64,000 bases of DNA from Mobula hypostoma. Its lineage: Eukaryota. How positions within the stretch are numbered: position 1 is the first letter of the stretch; each line of letters begins with the position of its first letter. Made by a program: the position numbers and the translations under genes. Positions 60,701-64,000 of the stretch are shown in pieces. The notes under the pieces were generated by a model, which was not told where the DNA came from, ran no database searches, and worked only from the letters and a program-made list of their open reading frames with translations. The stretch lies in the NCBI RefSeq assembly GCF_963921235.1, contig NC_086108.1:114268001-114332000 (forward strand), given 5' to 3'.

Positions 60701-63678
60701 TCCTTCTACATTTCTATAGGATTAAGGTCAGGACTTTGGCTCAGCCATTCCAAAACACAAATTTTCTTCTTTTTAAACCATTCTGTTGTAGATTCACTCT
60801 TGTCTTGGTGCATTATCCAACTTCTATTAAGCTTCAGGTGACAGACTGCTACCCTGACGTTCTCCTGTGAAATGTCTTAATATAATTTTGAATTCATTGT
60901 TCCCTCAATGATTGCAAGCTGTCCAGGCCCTGAGGCAGCAAAACAGCCCCAAACCATGATGCTCCTTCCACCGTGCTTCACAGTTGGGATGAGGTTTTGG
61001 TGTTGGTGTGCAGTGCCCTTTTCCCTCCAAACATAGCAATGTGATTTTCTGCCAAAAAGTTCAACTTTTGTCTCATCTGTCCACAGAACTTTATCCCAGA
61101 AGCACTGTGGAACATCCAGGTGGTCTTTTGCAAACTTGAGACATGCAGCAATGTTTATTTTTGGAGAGCAGCGGTTCCCTTCGTGGTGTCCTTCCATGAA
61201 CACCACTTTTGTTCAGTGTTTTTCTTATTGAACAGAGACTTTAGCAAGTTCTAGAGATCTTTTGCTGTTACCCTTGGGCTCTTTTTCACCTCCTTCAGCA
61301 TTGCATGTTGTGCTCTTGATGTAATCTTTGCAGGACAGCCACTCCGAGGGAGAGTAGCAACAGTACTGAATTTCCTCCGTTTGGAGACAATTTCTCTTAC
61401 TGTGGACTGATGAACACTAGGGTCTTTAGAAATGTTTTTGTAGCCTTTTCTAACTTCATGCATCTCTATAAATCTTCTAAGGTCCTCTGAAAGTCATTTT
61501 GATCGAGGCATGGTGCACATAAACAGATCTTTTACGAGAAGAACCCACACCTCCAATCTCATTTCATTGATTGGAACACCTGACTCCAAATAGCTTTCGT
61601 AAAAGGCATTACCCCAGAGGCTCACATACTTTTCCCAACAGATACGTGTAGTATTAGATCATTTTCCTCACTAAGTAAATGAACAAGTATAATGTTTTCG
61701 TGTTATTTATTTAATTGGGCTCTCTTTGTCTAGTTTTAGGACTTGCGTGAAGATCTGATCACATTTTAGGTCATATTTATGCAGAAGTAGAGAAAATTCT
61801 ACAGGGTTCACTACCTTTCTAGCACCAGTAGCATGCCCACAACTTACTAACCCCAACCTGTACATCTTTTGTGTGTGGGAGGACCCCGAGGAAACCCACC
61901 TGGTCATCAGGGGAACATACAATCTCAGCGCTGGGAATTGCACCCCAGTCGCTGTGGCTGTAAAGCACTAGACTAACCACTGCTCTGCCATGCTGTGGGA
62001 ACAGTAAAACAACCAGCACTGACAGAACGGGCTGAATGTTCTCTCCCTGAGCTGTGTGATTCCATCGGTGTCCTGCCCCCCCGTTCAGTAACATCCGTTT
62101 TACCGGCACCTTTCCTGGGTGATGTCTGCCTGAGTTGAAAGAGGAACAGACTGTGGCACAGTGCTGGAGCTGGTTTCAACACCCCTGCCTGCAGCTTCCT
62201 GCGGTCGGAAGGCGAGAGCTTGTGAAATATGGTGGGGGTGGCAGATTGTGCCTGGAGGTGTGAGCAGGTGGGCAGGGCTGCTGGCAACTGCTCCGGCTTG
62301 GTGGCCCATAGCCAGTCTTGCAGCAAAGGGAGCCGGGCGGACAGGGAAGGAGAGAGCAGTGCCTTCTGTGGCATGCGTCCCTCAGCTCCAGCAACCAGGG
62401 ACCCACCCTGACTCGGGCTACTGTCAGAGCGAAGCACACTGATGTCTGCGAACGGAGGAGTGGTTAATGTTTCAAGTCATCAGGACTGGGGTTAGGGGCT
62501 GTCATGGAGGAAAGCAAGTCAGTTTTCACTGGGTAGAGAACTGCGAGCGTGTCAGCTGAGCCGTATAGTGTGGCTGGTTGTGGGACATTCAGCCCTTCGA
62601 GTCTGTCCTATCACTCATGTTGATCGTGATTGACCATCTACCTCTAGTTTCCTGTTCTCCACTCTCCCCATGTCTATAATACCATAAGGCATAGGAGTAG
62701 AATTAGACTATTCAGCCCATCGAGTCTGATCAGCCATTCCATCATGGATGATTTATTATCCTTGTCATCCCAAGTCTCCTGCCTTCTCCCCATAACCTTT
62801 GACGGCCTGACTAATTGAGAACCTATCAATGTCTGCTTTAAGTATACCCAATGACTTGGCCTCCACAGCCGTCCTTAGCAATGAATTCCACAGATTCACT
62901 ACCCTCTGGCTAAAGAAATTCCTTCTCACCTCTGTTCTAAATGGACATCCCTCGATTCCGAGGTTGTTCCCTCTGGTCCAGACTCCACAACTGTGGAAAA
63001 CATCCTCTCCACATCTACGCTGTCTCAGTGTTAAAATACTTAATAGAACAGTACAGCGGGACCTTCAGCCCACAATGGTGCCTACACCTTTATTCCTCCT
63101 ACCAAAGTGTATGACCATACACCTCCCTGCACTATATTCCATCTGCCACTTCTTTACCCATTCTCCCAATCTGTCTAAGTCCTTCTGCAGACTCCCTGCT
63201 CCCTCAACACTACCTGCCCCTCCACTTACCTTTATATCGTCTGCAAAGTTTAGCCACAAAGCCATAAATTCCATCGTCCTCATTAGTGTCATCCACTACT
63301 GAAGCGGCCCCAAGACAGAGGCCTAGTAACTGGCTGCCTTTATTCCCACTCTTTGCCTCCTGCCAGTCAGCTAGTCTCCTGTCCATGCTATCTTTCTATC
63401 TTTGCTGTACTACCTCAGGCTACCCAACCCCTCACGTTGTCCGCTGCCCAGCCCGACGCATTCCTCTATCTCTGTGTTGCTGAGGCTTCCCGCTGTGATG
63501 GGTTTCTCTGCCTGCTGTCTAAACCTGTGTTTCCTCACTGTCTCAGGGATCTGGCATTGCTACTGGGAATACAGCAGCCTGAAGGGGAAGCCCGGCAGCG
63601 ACATCCCCATCTCCGACATTGGCTTCCAGACTGACCTGAGGGTCTACTTGCAGCTCAGACAGACCTGGCTTGCCTTCA
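1059..63678 (+). CDS. SLC44A5: Choline transporter-like protein 5, partial multi-exon CDS (9 exons, 887 nt, both ends outside the window)
   Basis: The spliced exons give one open frame: [11 protein letters not shown]...[23 protein letters not shown]...NKTILFYFN...[12 protein letters not shown]...[14 protein letters not shown]...KIFEDY...LRFTAG...GIWHCY...QTWLAF. This is the SLC44 family N-terminal half. [16 protein letters not shown] and CFPDFxTKNG match SLC44A5 better than SLC44A2/A4 (recalled, not searched). Confidence 0.9.
1385..4620 (+). mobile_element. CR1 LINE with ORF1 (Zn-knuckle/SGNH-like remnants) and ORF2 (endonuclease and RT), decayed, interrupted at ~3645-4060
   Basis: [68 protein letters not shown]. 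Confidence 0.85.
3645..4060 (-). mobile_element. Rex/Babar-type LINE 3' fragment nested in CR1
   Basis: [12 protein letters not shown]...[34 protein letters not shown]. Confidence 0.85.
5205..5420 (+). mobile_element. tRNA-derived V-type SINE
   Basis: V-domain-like core tgtgtggagtttgcacgttctccctgtgactgcg...tgctccggttcctcccac. Confidence 0.75.
5896..6416. mobile_element. Short non-autonomous retroelement (RTE-related by inference) with 13-bp target site duplication
   Basis: TSD tatatggtataca at 5883-5895 and 6417-6429; homologous to 17101-17638. Confidence 0.7.
6575..8625 (-). mobile_element. CR1 LINE ORF2 and 3' UTR, decayed, with a small + strand CR1 3' end inserted at ~6842-6978
   Basis: [48 protein letters not shown]. 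Confidence 0.9.
8860..12930 (-). mobile_element. Rex/Babar-type LINE, decayed, split by a Tc1 insertion at 9499-11138
   Basis: [49 protein letters not shown]...[12 protein letters not shown]; the reading continues across the Tc1. Confidence 0.85.
9499..11138 (+). mobile_element. Tc1/mariner DNA transposon with long IR-DR terminal repeats; transposase pseudogene ~9878-10900
   Basis: Termini cagtggcatgcaaatgtttgggcacccc and ggggtgcccaaacttttgcatgccattg followed by TA; internal direct repeats near 9690 and 10910; [25 protein letters not shown]; frameshift and stops. Confidence 0.93.
13166..13250 (+). CDS. SLC44A5: SLC44A5 exon 2 in window ([29 protein letters not shown])
   Basis: Acceptor ctgttctcag, donor gtgagt; 85 nt; phase 1 to 2. 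Confidence 0.95.
13361..14063. repeat. 68-bp tandem array, ~10 near-identical copies plus a diverged partial copy
   Basis: Unit aacagtgttcctccagaccacagtgtaggttcattatgatctgactgtacacatatacaaccaaacaa; ORF track offsets of 68. Confidence 0.97.
14447..16792 (+). mobile_element. 5'-truncated CR1 LINE, relatively intact RT region, inserted in an older minus-strand CR1
   Basis: [41 protein letters not shown]; ctattctatgttcta tail. Confidence 0.93.
17101..17638 (-). mobile_element. Complete ~540-bp non-autonomous retroelement (RTE-related by inference) with 11-bp target site duplication
   Basis: TSD tgtgtctgtat at 17090-17100 and 17639-17649; T/G-rich left end consistent with a minus-strand tail. 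Confidence 0.72.
18100..18390 (+). mobile_element. Penelope-like element 3' remnant with a degenerate hammerhead motif
   Basis: KEAIE...[17 protein letters not shown] end; ctgatgaagatg...catcaaaacg at ~18309-18340. Confidence 0.5.
19164..19205 (-). ncRNA. Minimal type I hammerhead ribozyme motif (Penelope pLTR)
   Basis: Minus strand reads agtc-CTGACGA-agggtctcggcct-GAAA-cGTC-aact. Confidence 0.7.
20714..20755 (+). ncRNA. Minimal type I hammerhead ribozyme motif (Penelope pLTR), sense to the host pre-mRNA
   Basis: aatc-CTGACGA-agggtctcggcct-GAAA-cGTC-gactg; predicted cleavage after 20750. Confidence 0.72.
20955..21062. repeat. Degenerate hexamer repeat (caggtt/cagggt), probable LINE tail
   Basis: Seen directly; abuts a LINE-like 3' UTR. 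Confidence 0.75.
21181..21485. repeat. Compound (CA)n/(CT)n microsatellite
   Basis: Seen directly. Confidence 0.97.
22700..23240 (-). mobile_element. Rex/Babar-type LINE 3' fragment
   Basis: [32 protein letters not shown]. Confidence 0.75.
23360..23444 (+). CDS. SLC44A5: SLC44A5 exon 3 in window ([28 protein letters not shown])
   Basis: Acceptor ctctcctccag, donor gtgagc; 85 nt; phase 2 to 0. Confidence 0.95.
23458..25170 (+). repeat. 33-bp minisatellite (C-rich on +) filling intron 3
   Basis: Unit cacagtgtgaccctccctcagtaccacccctcc, with cacagcatcccctcc variants and a 143-bp higher-order period at 23458/23601/23744/23887. Confidence 0.97.
25204..25332 (+). CDS. SLC44A5: SLC44A5 exon 4 in window ([43 protein letters not shown])
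   Basis: Acceptor tctttccag, donor gtgggt; 129 nt; phase 0 to 0. Confidence 0.95.
25726..27662. repeat. 38-bp minisatellite, ~50 copies, with higher-order structure
   Basis: Unit gtgttcccagtgtgatatggagactggaactgtgcacg; variant units recur at 152, 297 and 884 bp spacing. Confidence 0.97.
27958..28018 (+). CDS. SLC44A5: SLC44A5 exon 5 in window ([20 protein letters not shown])
   Basis: Long pyrimidine tract plus cag, donor gtacgt; 61 nt; phase 0 to 1. Confidence 0.93.
28822..29680 (+). mobile_element. Non-autonomous Tc1-like element carrying nested Penelope pLTR (~28945-29255) and hAT-like MITE (29407-29486)
   Basis: Terminus cactcagtggccactttatt (reverse copy at ~4740-4760); [19 protein letters not shown] remnant; MITE flanked by ctagag/ctctagag. 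Confidence 0.65.
30323..30446 (+). CDS. SLC44A5: SLC44A5 exon 6 in window ([42 protein letters not shown])
   Basis: Acceptor cttcctgccccag, donor gtaagt; 124 nt; phase 1 to 2. Confidence 0.95.
30872..31095 (+). mobile_element. tRNA-derived SINE
   Basis: A box tggccaagtggttaagg, B box gttcgagcc, then body gtgcccttgagcaaagcacctaa. Confidence 0.75.
32170..33240 (+). mobile_element. Rex/Babar-type LINE 3' end containing a 28-bp tandem array
   Basis: Remnants such as [14 protein letters not shown] and [11 protein letters not shown]-rich 3' UTR. Confidence 0.75.
32577..33003. repeat. 28-bp C-rich minisatellite, ~15 copies
   Basis: Unit ccactaacccacccctccacacccccga. Confidence 0.96.
33620..35660. 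mobile_element. Cluster of CR1 3' fragments in both orientations
   Basis: [12 protein letters not shown]...[26 protein letters not shown]. Confidence 0.75.
37339..40920 (-). mobile_element. Near full-length Rex/Babar-type LINE (APE endonuclease and RT), frameshifted, nested in a CR1
   Basis: [61 protein letters not shown]; (tatactt) tail at 37340; CpG-rich 5' region. Confidence 0.93.
41810..42365 (-). mobile_element. CR1 3' fragment
   Basis: CR1 3' UTR and C-terminal remnants. Confidence 0.75.
42485..45840 (+). mobile_element. CR1 LINE (ORF1 and ORF2), decayed
   Basis: [55 protein letters not shown]. Confidence 0.9.
46920..48185 (-). repeat. 33-bp minisatellite, reverse orientation of the intron 3 array (G-rich on +)
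   Basis: Unit ggaggggtggtactgagggagggtcacactgtg. Confidence 0.97.
48491..48574 (+). CDS. SLC44A5: SLC44A5 exon 7 in window ([28 protein letters not shown]); not shown in the ORF track
   Basis: Acceptor ccattacag, donor gtgagt; 84 nt; phase 2 to 2; conserved KIFEDY..W.WILI motif. Confidence 0.94.
48728..50503 (-). repeat. 33-bp minisatellite, reverse orientation of the intron 3 array (G-rich on +)
   Basis: Same unit, ~53 copies. Confidence 0.97.
50560..52805 (+). mobile_element. CR1 LINE ORF2 and 3' UTR, decayed (probably two joined pieces)
   Basis: [51 protein letters not shown]. Confidence 0.9.
52862..53348 (+). mobile_element. Penelope-like pLTR fragment with internal (TA)n(CA)n and a hammerhead motif at ~53255-53292
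   Basis: Homologous to 20385-20800; ctgacgaagggtctcggcctgaaacatcgact. Confidence 0.85.
53345..54252 (-). mobile_element. L2-type LINE endonuclease-region fragment
   Basis: Minus strand reads [22 protein letters not shown]...[25 protein letters not shown]...KAPW. Confidence 0.8.
54275..54387 (+). CDS. SLC44A5: SLC44A5 exon 8 in window ([37 protein letters not shown], transmembrane)
   Basis: Acceptor tttgtccccag, donor gtgagt; 113 nt; phase 2 to 1. Confidence 0.95.
54408..54765. repeat. (GT)/(GC) alternating purine-pyrimidine microsatellite
   Basis: Seen directly, ~20 bp downstream of the exon 8 donor. Confidence 0.97.
55160..58930. mobile_element. Patchwork of CR1 fragments in both orientations
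   Basis: [28 protein letters not shown]...[18 protein letters not shown]. Confidence 0.8.
57433..57939 (-). mobile_element. Rex/Babar-type LINE 3' fragment inserted in CR1
   Basis: [19 protein letters not shown]...HPLH...[11 protein letters not shown]; (catagt)n tail; tatagt on both flanks. Confidence 0.88.
58960..60333 (-). mobile_element. Two Rex/Babar-type LINE 3' fragments
   Basis: [40 protein letters not shown]. Confidence 0.8.
60334..61828 (-). mobile_element. Second Tc1 transposon (different family), transposase pseudogene ~60539-61511, left terminal repeat truncated
   Basis: gtgaaccctgtagaattt and aaattctacagggttcac inverted repeats; [34 protein letters not shown]. Confidence 0.92.
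61829..61995 (-). mobile_element. V-type tRNA SINE fragment abutting the Tc1 end
   Basis: gtgggaggaccccgaggaaacccac...taaccactgctctgccatgc. Confidence 0.6.
62680..63390 (-). mobile_element. CR1 fragments
   Basis: FADDIKVSG...[19 protein letters not shown]. Confidence 0.8.
63547..63678 (+). CDS. SLC44A5: SLC44A5 exon 9 in window ([44 protein letters not shown])
   Basis: Acceptor ctgtctcag, donor gtaagt; 132 nt; phase 1 to 1. Confidence 0.95.
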
Positions 63679-64000
63679 GTAAGTCTGCCTCCCTCCTCAT
63701 CGAGGGCCCAGAGTGAGGAAGGGCAGCCTCTGGGGGTTTGGGCCCTGGGAAATGGGTGAGGGCCATTGGGGTGCGCTGGCAGAGGGTGTAGACGTCGGTT
63801 TTGGGTGGATTGGCAGCTGGTCACCTTTTACGGATGATAGAGGCTCTGTCCACTGGAAGGACAGTGGGTTCTGGATGATTGGGACACATTGGCACCAGTG
63901 CATTTTGGCCTAATTAATCAGCTGCCCCAATTAGCTGGAAATAGTTAATAAGGTATAAGACCAACTGTAACAAATTATGTATTTCAATGAAATACAGAAC

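Overview
Eukaryotic (vertebrate) genomic DNA, not a prokaryotic accessory region. The window lies entirely inside one + strand gene, a choline transporter-like gene that best matches SLC44A5 (CTL5). Nine consecutive coding exons (887 nt) have GT-AG boundaries and mutually consistent phases; the start and stop codons lie outside the window. The introns are almost entirely transposon debris: CR1 LINEs, Rex/Babar- and L2-type LINEs, two decayed Tc1 transposons, Penelope-like elements with minimal hammerhead ribozyme motifs, tRNA-derived SINEs and RTE-type short elements. They also hold four tandem arrays (68, 33, 38 and 28 bp units). The repeat landscape suggests a cartilaginous fish, probably a ray (inference). 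I found no novel protein-coding system. The most interesting signals are RNA-level and structural: a 33-bp minisatellite in opposite orientations around exons 4-7, an inverted Penelope insertion forming a ~560-bp hairpin, dispersed hammerhead motifs, and tandem arrays apparently seeded from transposon sequence. Exons are numbered within the window. Repeat family names come from recalled motifs, not database searches, and repeat boundaries are approximate.
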